Assembly (NCBI GenBank): GCA_025054615.1
Contig: JANWZO010000004.1
Coordinates: 44,982 to 108,981, forward strand
Length of the DNA stretch: 64,000 nucleotides
Direction: 5' to 3'
Source: Kiritimatiellia bacterium
GTDB taxonomy: Bacteria > Verrucomicrobiota > Kiritimatiellia > CAIVKH01
Under the pieces are notes generated by a model, which saw only the letters and a program-made list of their open reading frames with translations, did no database searches and had not been told where the DNA came from. A program made the translations under genes and the position numbers. Of this stretch, positions 1 to 9,638 are shown in pieces (position 1 is the stretch's first letter; every line of letters starts with the position of its first letter).

Positions 1-1381
1 CGGCCGCTTGGGGAAGGGTTTGAGCGAGCATGTGAAAGGCTGAAAGCTGAAACGACGCGTCGCGCCCCCAGCCTCGGAATTCGGGCGACACGCTCACAGG
101 CAACGAAAGCTGCCCCTCGGATTCACTGCCCGATTCGGCCATTGCCCAAAATCCTTCAAATGCGCCTATGAGAAGAGGCCAGGCAATTTCCCTCAAAATG
201 CGGCGGTCCATTGAATACCGGTATTGAAGCCAGGCCATTCGCGCCATCCAAGCCACGCACGCCTGGTCGATCATGCCCTGCCAATATCGGCCCACCACTT
301 GGCAGCGGTCGTCCACCGCATGGGGAAGCATGAGCGCGCCCGGCGCACGGAAAAAACGGGCGGCATTGTCGCGAAGGCGCGGCATCCACCCGTTGATCAT
401 CCGCCAGAGCGGCTCGAAATGCGTAAGCCGATTTGCGCCGAGACAGGGGCCATAGATCATTTGCAAATTGATGTTGAAGTGGTAGTCGTTCGACCAAGGC
501 GCGAAATCATCCTCGGCCATCCACGCGCCCTGCAGCGTGGCGGGCGGGGCGGAGGGATTCGTCATCCCGGCCATTTTGTGAAGGCCGTAGTCCCACAGTT
601 CTTGGAGATCCGGATCGGGCAAACGCAAGACAGGAACATCGGCGCGAAACGAGCGCCACCAGCGCCGCGTCACACCTCGTGCTCTATGCAGAGATTTTCT
701 GGTGCGCTGATCCGCAGAACGCCGGGGCGCATCGCCCAGTGCCGTAGCGATCGTGGCCGAAGTCCGCGTCCAGCGAACCGCCAGCGAGAGTGCGGGATCC
801 GCCGGCAGGCTCTGCACAAATCCCGCGTGGCCGGGCGCCTCCCAGCGCTCCGGGGGCGCCACACCGTCCTTCGACATCCGAGAACCGATGTAGTCCCACG
901 CCGGAACAACGCGGATGGTTTCGACACAGGCACCCTGCACCGTGAGAAACGCCACCTCGTCCTCGGCATCAACGAACAAGCGAGCCGAACCGCCATTTGA
1001 AAGAGCCACGGTCAGCTCGCCGGCATCATTGATCGACCCTCGTATCGGACGCGCACCGCCCTCGAAATAGATCTCCACTCGGCCGCCCGGCAGCACGCAG
1101 GGACGCCGATAAGCCGCCGTCGAAGGAGCCGTTCGGGCCAGCTTCTGTTTGACCGCCGCCTCTCCTTCTTTCTCCAGAATCTCTCGAAGCGTTGCGTAAT
1201 CGAAATCGGCAGCGAACGGAACCCCGTCGCGATGATCCCAGAATGCGGCGCGCCCAACGGAGATATTCAGGTGGCCCTCCCCCCATACCATCAGCCCGAT
1301 CGTCCCGTTCCCCAGCATCAGACCCGTGTAGGGGCGCTTTAGCGGAAAAGGCCGCTCGAAGATCATTTTCCCGGAGGACAT
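1..1381 (-). CDS. Glycoside hydrolase family 95-like alpha-L-fucosidase, C-terminally truncated by the window edge
   Basis: Hand translation of the minus strand from ATG at 1381 gives one uninterrupted frame down to position 1 (>460 aa): MSSGKMIFERPFPLKRPYTGLMLGNGTIGLMVWGEGHLNISVGRAAFWDHRD ... WSNDYHFNINLQMIYGP ... It is absent from the ORF track only because its stop lies outside the window. The LGNG.IG.MV.G N-terminal motif and the DYH.NIN.QM.Y motif are characteristic of GH95. The track ORF 224..1000(+) is its antisense artefact. Confidence 0.6.
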   Translation of the reverse strand, partial: MSSGKMIFERPFPLKRPYTGLMLGNGTIGLMVWGEGHLNISVGRAAFWDHRDGVPFAADFDYATLREILEKEGEAAVKQKLARTAPSTAAYRRPCVLPGGRVEIYFEGGARPIRGSINDAGELTVALSNGGSARLFVDAEDEVAFLTVQGACVETIRVVPAWDYIGSRMSKDGVAPPERWEAPGHAGFVQSLPADPALSLAVRWTRTSATIATALGDAPRRSADQRTRKSLHRARGVTRRWWRSFRADVPVLRLPDPDLQELWDYGLHKMAGMTNPSAPPATLQGAWMAEDDFAPWSNDYHFNINLQMIYGPCLGANRLTHFEPLWRMINGWMPRLRDNAARFFRAPGALMLPHAVDDRCQVVGRYWQGMIDQACVAWMARMAWLQYRYSMDRRILREIAWPLLIGAFEGFWAMAESGSESEGQLSLPVSVSPEFRGWGRDASFQLSAFHMLAQTLPQAA

Positions 1382-1645
1382 GGGGAAAACCAAAAAACAG
1401 ATCGTTATTCTATGCTGCCGCCCACACTCGATGGCAAGTCAGACTCCCGCTGACCAAGAGCGGCGAACGATTCTTACTTCCAAAGACGCGCTCCGTCGCC
1501 AGGCTTCGAACTTTAGAAAAGTCACGACCGACCATTGGGCGGACAATATTTCTCATGAGGCGCTCGAAGAGTGAACCAATATCGGACAATCCGACGCGAC
1601 CTCCTTCGTAGTCGGGATGAACGGCAAACCGTTTTATGGCGAAGA

Positions 1646-4600
1646 TCATTTATTCAGCCGGATCGATAGGATCTCGAACGGCCTGAAATCTAGCACGATC
1701 CCGCCGGCTGCCGGATCAACATGCACACGGTCGGCCAGCCGTTCTTCCAACAGATTGACCCGATCGGCAGAACGAAATGAAATCGAACTTCGGACAACTG
1801 CGCTCCCTCTCGTGCCGTGGCACTCGTAGAGCCTCAGGATCAGGGCATCCGAATCCTCGGCCTTCTTGACCGTGTCGAGGATGAGATGAGGGGAATCTAC
1901 CGTGAACCAGCTTCGGGATCCGCTTGCGGCGCCGGGCGCCACCAAAAGAGGCGTATTGAATTCGTGTGCACGCCGGACTACGCCGGCTTCAGCGATTGAG
2001 CCGGTGTGGGGAAAAAGGGCAAAGTTGAATTCGTGCAGGCCCTGGTCGGCCTCTGGATCCGGGTGGGTGGGTCCTCGTAGAAGGGATAGGCGCATCACCG
2101 AGCCGTGGACTGCGTGCCCGTATTTGCAATCGTTGATCAGAGCAACGCCATAGCCCGGCTCCGAGAGATCGCACCAAAAATGCGCGGGCACTTCGAAGCG
2201 GGCCATCTCGAAAGGGGTGTTGGCATGTGTTGCGCGTTTTACGTGGCCGAACTGAATTTCATACGCCGCTTCGTCCGCGCGCACAGCGACCGGAAACTCC
2301 ACTTTGAGAAAACGGTGTCGCTCTCGCCAGTCCGCGCGACAGGAAAACACCAGCAGCGGGGAGTCGGCATCGAGACTCACCGTGACATCAAGACGGCTTT
2401 TCTCAAAGGCAAATCCAAATTCGATCGCAGCCCGCAACCCATCGGCGAGCTTGATCTTTGCCGACTGAGCCAGGACATCCACCGACTTTTCCAAATGAGA
2501 AGGGTCGATCTCCCAAGCATCCCAGTTATGGGGATGGTCTTCGAAAATACGGAATCGATTTCCGCCCGAGTAACCCTCGATCGCGTTCCGATTTGCGGCG
2601 CGGTCGACGAGTCGGAGCAAGCGGCCTTCGCGATCGAATTCCGCCGAGAGCAGTCCGTTTTCAAGGATGAGCCGGCCGGATGAGTGTTCTCGAGCGCGCG
2701 CCGGACCCGTTTCCGGCTCGAGTGGGGAGATGGGCGCGAATCCGCAGGGGGGTGCGGCGACCAGCACCAACTGCCCTCCCTCGAGCTCTACAACCCCGCG
2801 CCGTTCCCAGGCAAGCGTGTTGACAATTGTCGCCCCACCGGCTTGCCGATCCGTTACCGCATCCTCGACGGCGGCGCGGCGCAGGTTGGACAGCGTAGCG
2901 ATCGCACTCTCATATTCTTGCAATGCCCGCGTGTATACTTCCCGGATTGAACTGCCGGGGAGAATGTCGTGAAACTGGTTGGTAAGAACAGTTGCCCAAA
3001 TCTCTTCCAGTTGTCGGGTCGGATACTCCGCCCCGTTCGCGGACGCAACCGCGCTGAGCAGTTCGACGTCGCGTAGGAGCCGCTCGCAGACCCGGTTCGC
3101 CCGCTTCACCGCAGCCTGCGTCGTATAGGTTCCCCGGTGATATTCCAGATACAGTTCACCGACATGAACCGGCCCATCTCCGATCGCATCTCTGAGGCGG
3201 CCAAAAAACGCTTCGGGACGATCCATTCGAACGCGAGGAAAACCCTGAACATCGGCGAGCCGCTCCAGCACCTCGACCATGTGTTCCGTAGGACCGCCGC
3301 CGCCGTCGCCCCATCCAAATAACAGGAGCCCCTCGTCAATCCGCCCATGGTCCATTCCTTCCCGCTCGTGGGCGAAGATGTGGCGGACCAGGTCGTCGCC
3401 CGTCATCGCGTTGTAGGTGTTGGCCGGCGGAAAATGAGCGAGCACGCGGCTGCCGTCGAGACCCTCCCACCAGAAGGACTGGCGGATGGGCTTGTTGAAC
3501 TGGCTCCATGAGAGCTTCTGCGTCAGAAAATACTCAATTCCCGCCCCGCGCAGGATCTGCGGCAGCGAGGCGGGAAAGCCGAATGCATCCGGCGCCCAGC
3601 ACTCACGGCAACGGATGCCGAACTCGCGCTCAAAAAATCGCTGACCGACCAGAAATTGACGCACGAGCGACTCGCCGGAAGGTAGATTGAAATCCGGCTC
3701 GACCCACGAACCGCCGACTGGGATCCACTGCCCTCGCGAAGCGGCGCGCCGGATCTCGGCGTAAAGATTCGGATAGTGCTCACGAATCCACGCGTAATGG
3801 AGCGCCTGGGAACAGGCGAATCGGAACGAGGGATGTCGATCGGCGAGGCGAAGCGCATTCGAGAAACTGCGAGCGCATTTCCGGATCGATTCGTCGATCG
3901 GCCATAACCAGGCGGTGTCGATGTGTGCATGGCCGACAGCGGCGATGCGGTGCGCAAACGTGCCGTTGCGATGGGAAAAAATTTCCGCCAGTAAAGCGCG
4001 GCCTTCTTTCCATGTTCTCCGGTCGTCCACGTCGCAGACGTTGCAGAACCGGTTGAGCTGTTCGATGACACGGGCCGGCCAGGGCGGCAATCGTTTGAGG
4101 GCGGGCGGGACATGGGCCTGCGCTTCCCAGTCCGGAATGTCCTGAAGCCATTTGATGAGAAGAATCAGATCATGGGCAAGCGCCCACGCCGCATCGTCCC
4201 GTAGCGCAAGACGGGCTTCGTAAATCCTATATCGCGTAGAATTTGGCGAGCCGATGCCGCCGCTGGGCGCGCCCCAGAGTCCGTTGCACGCAATCTCGAT
4301 TTCAGCGTCCAATTGGCCAGATTGGACGATCTTCTCTGGCAAAACGGCTTCAGCGCGCCCGCCATCGCGAAACATCGGATTCGACTCCCAGTTAAGTCCC
4401 TGATAGGGCGCACCCTCGAGCCACAGTAGCGCTTCGGAACCGCTGCAAAATCGCAGCACGACAGTCCGGTCACGCCATTCCGCCGGGATCGATCCGCGGA
4501 GCTTGAGCCAGTAGGTGCTCCACGGGGGACCCAGCTCCTCGCCCAGATTCGCAGGGCGGAATGGCTCGCGCAACGCCGCCTCTCGCGTGACCCGCCCCAT

Positions 4601-4741
4601 CGGCCCCGCGATTTCGAGATCGAGCGGCCTCGTGTCAGCAAGGAGCCTGCCGCAAAGACGGTTGAAAAACTCCAAGGACCTCGCGACGACGAGCTCGTAA
4701 TTCCGGTATCGCGTCATCGCGCGAAACGGCCCTGGCCGCAA
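1646..4741 (-). CDS. GH38 alpha-mannosidase
   Basis: 1031 aa. Contains the HAHIDTAWLW metal-binding signature of GH38, plus WAPDAFG and FLFGWGDGGGGPT blocks typical of bacterial GH38 mannosidases. Confidence 0.9.
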   Translation of the reverse strand: MRPGPFRAMTRYRNYELVVARSLEFFNRLCGRLLADTRPLDLEIAGPMGRVTREAALREPFRPANLGEELGPPWSTYWLKLRGSIPAEWRDRTVVLRFCSGSEALLWLEGAPYQGLNWESNPMFRDGGRAEAVLPEKIVQSGQLDAEIEIACNGLWGAPSGGIGSPNSTRYRIYEARLALRDDAAWALAHDLILLIKWLQDIPDWEAQAHVPPALKRLPPWPARVIEQLNRFCNVCDVDDRRTWKEGRALLAEIFSHRNGTFAHRIAAVGHAHIDTAWLWPIDESIRKCARSFSNALRLADRHPSFRFACSQALHYAWIREHYPNLYAEIRRAASRGQWIPVGGSWVEPDFNLPSGESLVRQFLVGQRFFEREFGIRCRECWAPDAFGFPASLPQILRGAGIEYFLTQKLSWSQFNKPIRQSFWWEGLDGSRVLAHFPPANTYNAMTGDDLVRHIFAHEREGMDHGRIDEGLLLFGWGDGGGGPTEHMVEVLERLADVQGFPRVRMDRPEAFFGRLRDAIGDGPVHVGELYLEYHRGTYTTQAAVKRANRVCERLLRDVELLSAVASANGAEYPTRQLEEIWATVLTNQFHDILPGSSIREVYTRALQEYESAIATLSNLRRAAVEDAVTDRQAGGATIVNTLAWERRGVVELEGGQLVLVAAPPCGFAPISPLEPETGPARAREHSSGRLILENGLLSAEFDREGRLLRLVDRAANRNAIEGYSGGNRFRIFEDHPHNWDAWEIDPSHLEKSVDVLAQSAKIKLADGLRAAIEFGFAFEKSRLDVTVSLDADSPLLVFSCRADWRERHRFLKVEFPVAVRADEAAYEIQFGHVKRATHANTPFEMARFEVPAHFWCDLSEPGYGVALINDCKYGHAVHGSVMRLSLLRGPTHPDPEADQGLHEFNFALFPHTGSIAEAGVVRRAHEFNTPLLVAPGAASGSRSWFTVDSPHLILDTVKKAEDSDALILRLYECHGTRGSAVVRSSISFRSADRVNLLEERLADRVHVDPAAGGIVLDFRPFEILSIRLNK

Positions 4742-4756
4742 TGCGCGAAGCCTTGA

Positions 4757-5365
4757 TTATTCCTGTGGCTTGACGGGCTTGACGACGATGTCGTCGATGC
4801 TCAACGTCCCAATAGCCCCCCATAAGCCCGGTTTGATGGCCAGTCGTTTGGCACCAGGGGGAACGGTAAGCTCAACCTCGAACAATTTCCATTCCGGCTG
4901 TGATTCGCGAATGTTCGGCTGCGGCGGATAAGGCTTCACCACATTCCCGTGTTCATCTTCGAATTGCATCGTCAATCGCGCGCCATACCACGCTTCCTCA
5001 CCCAGTCCTTTGACTTCCCCTTTCATGAGGCACGAGACATGCAACTTCGTCCACGTGGGATCCAGGGGGAGGTAGGCCTCAATCCAGACCCCTTTCTTGC
5101 TCTCCGCAACCGTTGGAGAATTGTCTGTGAAACGCACATAACGGTTGCCGTCTTCACTGACGATTTCAAAATTCGCGCCCCAGCTCCGAAGCCATTCAAC
5201 ATTCGGCTGGCGATCCCAACCGACCAGCTTCCCGTCCTCCCCCACGTTTTCGAAATTGCCGGCGGGAAATACATTTGCGTGCACGTAGGTGAGAGCCAAT
5301 AACAGGAAGATAGTAGCCATCAGTGTGTTTTTCATTTCACAGACCTCCGATGCGGTTTCAACCAC
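4757..5365 (-). CDS. Secreted carbohydrate-binding (CBM/jelly-roll-like) protein, hypothetical
   Basis: 202 aa with N-terminal signal peptide MKNTLMATIFLLLALTYVHA. Beta-rich Gly/Trp/aromatic composition. Sits between the pseudopilin and the mannosidase in the same operon. Local GC is visibly lower than neighbours. Confidence 0.5.
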   Translation of the reverse strand: MVETASEVCEMKNTLMATIFLLLALTYVHANVFPAGNFENVGEDGKLVGWDRQPNVEWLRSWGANFEIVSEDGNRYVRFTDNSPTVAESKKGVWIEAYLPLDPTWTKLHVSCLMKGEVKGLGEEAWYGARLTMQFEDEHGNVVKPYPPQPNIRESQPEWKLFEVELTVPPGAKRLAIKPGLWGAIGTLSIDDIVVKPVKPQE

Positions 5366-6142
5366 TTATGGCGGCACATTTCCCGGGTTGTACAAATGCA
5401 TATGCGCTTTCCGATAATCGATCGCACGGGCCGATAAATCAACCATCAGATAGCTCGCTCTCTCACCATGGCGAATCGGCGAGCCTTGCGCCCACGTCGC
5501 GAATCCAAAGGCGCCGTTGTTGAAATTGTTGGCTCCGGCAACCTGCCAATCCCGGGCATCGGCGACGAGCACCCGTTGATCGGGAAGCGTAACCTGGTCA
5601 ATTGTTGGCACCTCATTCCAATACATCGTGGATGTTGGATCTGGGTGCATGAGACGAACATTCATTCCATAGCCGGGACTGGACACGGATGCCGGTCCGA
5701 CCGCCGGAATATTCCAGCTCGAGTCCCGACCCTTCCATTCCGGACAGCCCCAGAGGGGATTGCCACGCTCGAATGCAGGCCACCAATTCGCGGGCGCGCG
5801 CGAACCCGGCGGCCATCCGCGGGGCGCATTCGGGGTAATGAGAGAAGGAGGATCCAACTTCAAGCGCAGATACGGTGCAACAAACTGGCACCAGTGGTGA
5901 GACCCGTTATTCGCGGTTTTCACGGGTGGCAGGAACCCTTGACGCTCTGAAACGTAGAGACCCATCGCGACCCCGATTTGGCGCAAATTAGCCAGACAAG
6001 CTGTCTGGCGCGACCGTTGCATGGCTCCGGAAATGGAGGGAAACAGTAGACTGGCCAAAACGGCGATGATCGCAATGACCACCAAAAGCTCAATAAGCGT
6101 AAAACCCGAAGCCAAGAGTTCTGATTTCCGTTTTGTCTTCAT
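5366..6142 (-). CDS. Prepilin-type N-terminal cleavage/methylation domain protein (DUF1559/H-X9-DG-like pseudopilin)
   Basis: N-terminus [32 protein letters not shown] is a class III signal / pilin methylation motif. Size and the C-terminal region fit the DUF1559 family that is expanded in PVC bacteria. Confidence 0.8.
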   Translation of the reverse strand: MKTKRKSELLASGFTLIELLVVIAIIAVLASLLFPSISGAMQRSRQTACLANLRQIGVAMGLYVSERQGFLPPVKTANNGSHHWCQFVAPYLRLKLDPPSLITPNAPRGWPPGSRAPANWWPAFERGNPLWGCPEWKGRDSSWNIPAVGPASVSSPGYGMNVRLMHPDPTSTMYWNEVPTIDQVTLPDQRVLVADARDWQVAGANNFNNGAFGFATWAQGSPIRHGERASYLMVDLSARAIDYRKAHMHLYNPGNVPP

Positions 6143-6780
6143 CGCTTCACATCAAATATTTCATCGAACGTCTTGAGAAGGTCTCTGGATTTTTTGCCGA
6201 CCTCAGGCCCGATGTAACCGCGCGGTTCGATCACCGCATCTGCGGCCTTTTTCTCCAACAGCCGGGCTGCATAATCAGCAGAGGGGCTTTCCTCCATAAT
6301 CACGACGATTCGCGCTGCTTTCCCCTTCCTCACGTGAGCGGCTGACGTATCCGGCGGGGTTGAACACATCCAAACAATCGCCGACGCGTTCCCCTGTTCG
6401 TTCAAAATTTTAGAATAAATTTCGCCCGGAACGGTTGTCGTTCCGGATTCCTCATAACCAAGACGAACGGCTTCGACTCCCGAAAAACCAACAGACCTCG
6501 CGTGCCGCTCCATTGCCTCCAGAAATTCATTATTACGCGGCGCCATGCCGGGGCGGTCGGCAACCACCGCAACAAGTCGCCCCGCGGCGCCTGCCGCTTG
6601 CGAGACCGCCTCACGAGCGGCGCCGGCGGCAAGGATACTCAAATAGGTGGGATTTATAGCGTCCTTTTCGGTGGGTCCGCGGCTGCAACCAACCGTTAGC
6701 CCCAGCGAAGCTGCAAAGATCCATCTAAACACTCGCCCGCTCATACATCGGTTGGAAAATGTATCCTTGAGATAAAACAT
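6139..6780 (-). CDS. Lipoprotein, hypothetical (possible periplasmic-binding-protein-like fold)
   Basis: 213 aa. Signal peptide with lipobox LTVGC. Overlaps the downstream pseudopilin gene by 4 bp. No confident family assignment. Confidence 0.45.
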   Translation of the reverse strand: MFYLKDTFSNRCMSGRVFRWIFAASLGLTVGCSRGPTEKDAINPTYLSILAAGAAREAVSQAAGAAGRLVAVVADRPGMAPRNNEFLEAMERHARSVGFSGVEAVRLGYEESGTTTVPGEIYSKILNEQGNASAIVWMCSTPPDTSAAHVRKGKAARIVVIMEESPSADYAARLLEKKAADAVIEPRGYIGPEVGKKSRDLLKTFDEIFDVKR

Positions 6781-6854
6781 ACACGAAATTCATCAATTGC
6801 TACAGGTATCATTTTCGCGTTGACGGTCGAACGCCGGTTTATCAGGATTACAGT
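6781..6854. promoter_or_regulatory. Divergent promoter/operator region between the glycan operon and the LacI regulators
   Basis: 74 bp AT-richer intergenic segment between divergently oriented genes (6780 minus, 6855 plus). Probable site of LacI operators. No motif verified. Confidence 0.3.
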
Positions 6855-7967
6855 GTGAAAGCGCCGTTGACTCAGCGCGATCTCGCCCGTCAAGCTGGAG
6901 TCTCTCAGGCCACCGTCTGTCTTGCGCTTCGAGGCGACCCGCGGATTTCAAAGCCGGTCCGCGACAAAATCCAATCAATTGCCGCAGCCGCAGGATATCG
7001 GCAGAACCCTCTCCTCTCGGCCTACCAGGCGGTCGTGCGCTCCCGCAAACCATTGACTTATCGCGCCACGATCGGCTGGCTTGTCGACCATCCGGAACGA
7101 GATTTGTGGCGAAACCAATCCTGGCTTTCTCCCTATTTTTCAGCGGCCGAAAATCGCGCCAAGGATCTCGGTTATGCCCTGGATGAAATATGGTTTCCGG
7201 GAATCGCCAAAGGGCCCACCAGAGAAAACATTGAAACGCTTCTGAAAATCCTGCGCACGCGATCCATCCATGCGCTGATCCTCCCGTTTTTACACAATTA
7301 TCGGTTTGCGCTGCATAAGTGGGCCGAGATTTCCATCGTCGTCATTGGCCGGCCAATGGGCTTCATCCAGAACCGGTCCGAGCGCTACACGACGAATTTG
7401 AACGAATACCACGAAGTCAACGCCGACGCGTATTACAATCTGAACCTCGCGCTGGAAAACTTGTACCGGCGAAACTACCGGCGCATCGGGTTGTTAATGT
7501 CGGATTGGCTCATCGCCAGCACCGACCACATTTACGAAGCGGCGTATCTGGGATTCCTCGACCGGCACCCGGACCTTCCACGTCTGAGCCGTTGCCCCGG
7601 CCACGAGCCCGGAAGCGCCGTGCTATCGCCAACCATGATCCGAGATTGGATTCAGCGGGAACAGCCGGATGCGATTGTTTGCAGCCACGGCAAAACTCGC
7701 GACGTCCTTGCCTCCATTGGCGTGCGCGTGCCGGAAGACGTCGGACTGTGCCATCTACATCTGTCGGCAGACGTCGCAGGCTGGAGCGGGATTGACCACA
7801 ACCCTCAAGCAATCGCCTCGGCTGCGGTCGATCTCCTGACCGCCAATATTCAACGAAATGAATTCGGGATGCCGGAATCTCCGAAAGAGGTTTTGATCAA
7901 GGGCCGCTGGGTGAGCGGCGCGACAACTCGCGACGAACTCAAACTCGAGGAGGGGACGAGGGCATGA
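6855..7967 (+). CDS. LacI-family transcriptional regulator (paralog 1)
   Basis: N-terminal HTH LTQRDLARQAGVSQATVCLALRG..ISKPVRDKIQSIAAAAGYRQNPLLSAY, followed by a periplasmic-binding-protein-like effector domain. GTG start. Confidence 0.85.
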   Translation: MKAPLTQRDLARQAGVSQATVCLALRGDPRISKPVRDKIQSIAAAAGYRQNPLLSAYQAVVRSRKPLTYRATIGWLVDHPERDLWRNQSWLSPYFSAAENRAKDLGYALDEIWFPGIAKGPTRENIETLLKILRTRSIHALILPFLHNYRFALHKWAEISIVVIGRPMGFIQNRSERYTTNLNEYHEVNADAYYNLNLALENLYRRNYRRIGLLMSDWLIASTDHIYEAAYLGFLDRHPDLPRLSRCPGHEPGSAVLSPTMIRDWIQREQPDAIVCSHGKTRDVLASIGVRVPEDVGLCHLHLSADVAGWSGIDHNPQAIASAAVDLLTANIQRNEFGMPESPKEVLIKGRWVSGATTRDELKLEEGTRA

Positions 7968-9064
7968 AGTTGCAGGTCGTCACGCTCGACCAGATTGCCG
8001 CCGCCGCGGGAGTTCATAAGATGACCGTCTCACGGGCCTTGCGAAACCATCCGGCTGTCGCGCCCACGACCCGCGAGAAAATCCAACGAATCGCCCAACA
8101 GCTCGGCTACCGCCCCAACCCGTTGCTCACGGTATTTCAGGCCCATGTTCGTTCGCGAAAAGCGCCCGCCTACGTCGCCACCCTCGGATGGCTGGTCGCC
8201 TCGGTTCCGCGAGATTATTGGGAGCGGCCGTGGACCAAAGGGCTCCTCGAAGGCGCCCGCGCCCGCGCATCGGCGCTCGGCTACAAAATCGATCTGATTT
8301 ATCTGGGGGATCTGAAGCGGCTGTCAGTGGAGGAGCAACTGGACCGATATCGTTCTGTGATGCATTCGCGCGGCATTCACGGATTGATCATTCCACTCGC
8401 TGAAAATCCGCGCTTCGCAACCCGCGTTTGGGAGAATACAGCGGTGGTGGCGATCGGCCAGCATCATATCGAGATGAGCTCTCAGACCCGTCAGGGATAT
8501 GGAATCGACTCCCTCTACCATACCGTGTCGGTGGATTTTTTCGCTAACATGCGGTGCGCATGTGAAGGTTTGCGGAAGCTCGGTTATCGGCGGATCGGTC
8601 TGTTGCTCAATCCGTGGCTGGACAATATTACCGATCACCAGTATCGGGCATCCTTCGCCTTCCAACAGTCTCTGTGGCACGCGCGCGAGCAGATTCCCAT
8701 CCTGATAGACGCCAACACCTCGGAGCTACCATCGGATGAATTCCGCGCCTGGTTCAGAAAATACCGTCCCGAGGCGATCATCGCGTCCACGCACCGCATT
8801 GCAGACTGGCTCCGAATCCTTTCGATGCGTGTTCCAGAAGACATTGCAATTGCCCATATGTGGATTGCGCCGGACGTCGAGGGTTGGAGCGGCATCAACC
8901 CCCGCATCCAGGAAATCGGCGCTACGGCTGTTGATGTCCTCATCCACCAGCTCCAGCACAACGAGCTCCATCCCCCCGCCGTGCCCCGACAAACCGAAAT
9001 CGCGGGCATCTGGGTCGAGGGCAAAACAACGCGCGCTACTCACGCGCCGCAATCGACAAGTTGA
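7964..9064 (+). CDS. LacI-family transcriptional regulator (paralog 2)
   Basis: HTH TLDQIAAAAGVHKMTVSRALRNHPAVAPTTREKIQRIAQQLGYRPNPLLTVFQ. Collinear similarity to the upstream paralog. ATGA overlap with it. Confidence 0.85.
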   Translation: MKLQVVTLDQIAAAAGVHKMTVSRALRNHPAVAPTTREKIQRIAQQLGYRPNPLLTVFQAHVRSRKAPAYVATLGWLVASVPRDYWERPWTKGLLEGARARASALGYKIDLIYLGDLKRLSVEEQLDRYRSVMHSRGIHGLIIPLAENPRFATRVWENTAVVAIGQHHIEMSSQTRQGYGIDSLYHTVSVDFFANMRCACEGLRKLGYRRIGLLLNPWLDNITDHQYRASFAFQQSLWHAREQIPILIDANTSELPSDEFRAWFRKYRPEAIIASTHRIADWLRILSMRVPEDIAIAHMWIAPDVEGWSGINPRIQEIGATAVDVLIHQLQHNELHPPAVPRQTEIAGIWVEGKTTRATHAPQSTS

Positions 9065-9119
9065 TCCGCCCCTCTCCTCGGCAAGCGCCCAGATTCACAA
9101 CGGCATCGCCGCTCGCGGG

Positions 9120-9638
9120 CTAAAAATAGCAGCGGAGTGACAATTCCATGAACACGTCCGTGTCGCGCAGCTTTTCCTCATCCGGGTAGATGTCCTCGGT
9201 CGCGTACGCAAAGACACCCGCGGCCGCCACGGCGACTTGTTCCGCCAAAAAATATTTCGCGCCGGCCCGAAACTCGAGAATGCCGGCCAGATCGTCTCCT
9301 CCCACCCCCTCCACATCCACATTCGCAAACCCCGCAAAGAACTCGGCAAATGGTGTTAGGTCCGTTTCCGTGTCGACATTGTACTCCGCAAACGCGCCGA
9401 GCCCGATTCGGTTCACCTTCTTGTTATCGGCAAAATCGAGGCGGCCGCCCGCCTGCGCATTGTCGAGAAAGAAGTAGCCGTAGGACGCGTTAAGGCGCAG
9501 CTCGCTCCCGTTCACCGTCGAGGGGTCAAGCGATCCCTGTAGACGAAGTTCCTGCGAACCCTCGGCAATCAGGGCCGCTTGCGCCAGACACGGCAGAGCC
9601 ACCACGACAGCGATCAAGGGCAGATATTTTTTATTCAT
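9120..9638 (-). CDS. Small outer-membrane beta-barrel protein (OmpW/OmpA-barrel-like)
   Basis: Signal peptide MNKKYLPLIAVVVALPCLAQA. Alternating amphipathic beta strands. C-terminal ...LSLRCYF ends in an aromatic residue as in OMPs. Start chosen at MNKKY inside the track ORF 9120..9659. Confidence 0.55.
   Translation of the reverse strand: MNKKYLPLIAVVVALPCLAQAALIAEGSQELRLQGSLDPSTVNGSELRLNASYGYFFLDNAQAGGRLDFADNKKVNRIGLGAFAEYNVDTETDLTPFAEFFAGFANVDVEGVGGDDLAGILEFRAGAKYFLAEQVAVAAAGVFAYATEDIYPDEEKLRDTDVFMELSLRCYF

Noticed and set aside
224-1000. 258-aa plus-strand ORF (Arg/Pro/His-rich) at the left edge
   Set aside because: Low-complexity Arg-rich product typical of antisense reading of high-GC coding DNA. 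The opposite strand carries a continuous, well-conserved GH95-like frame.
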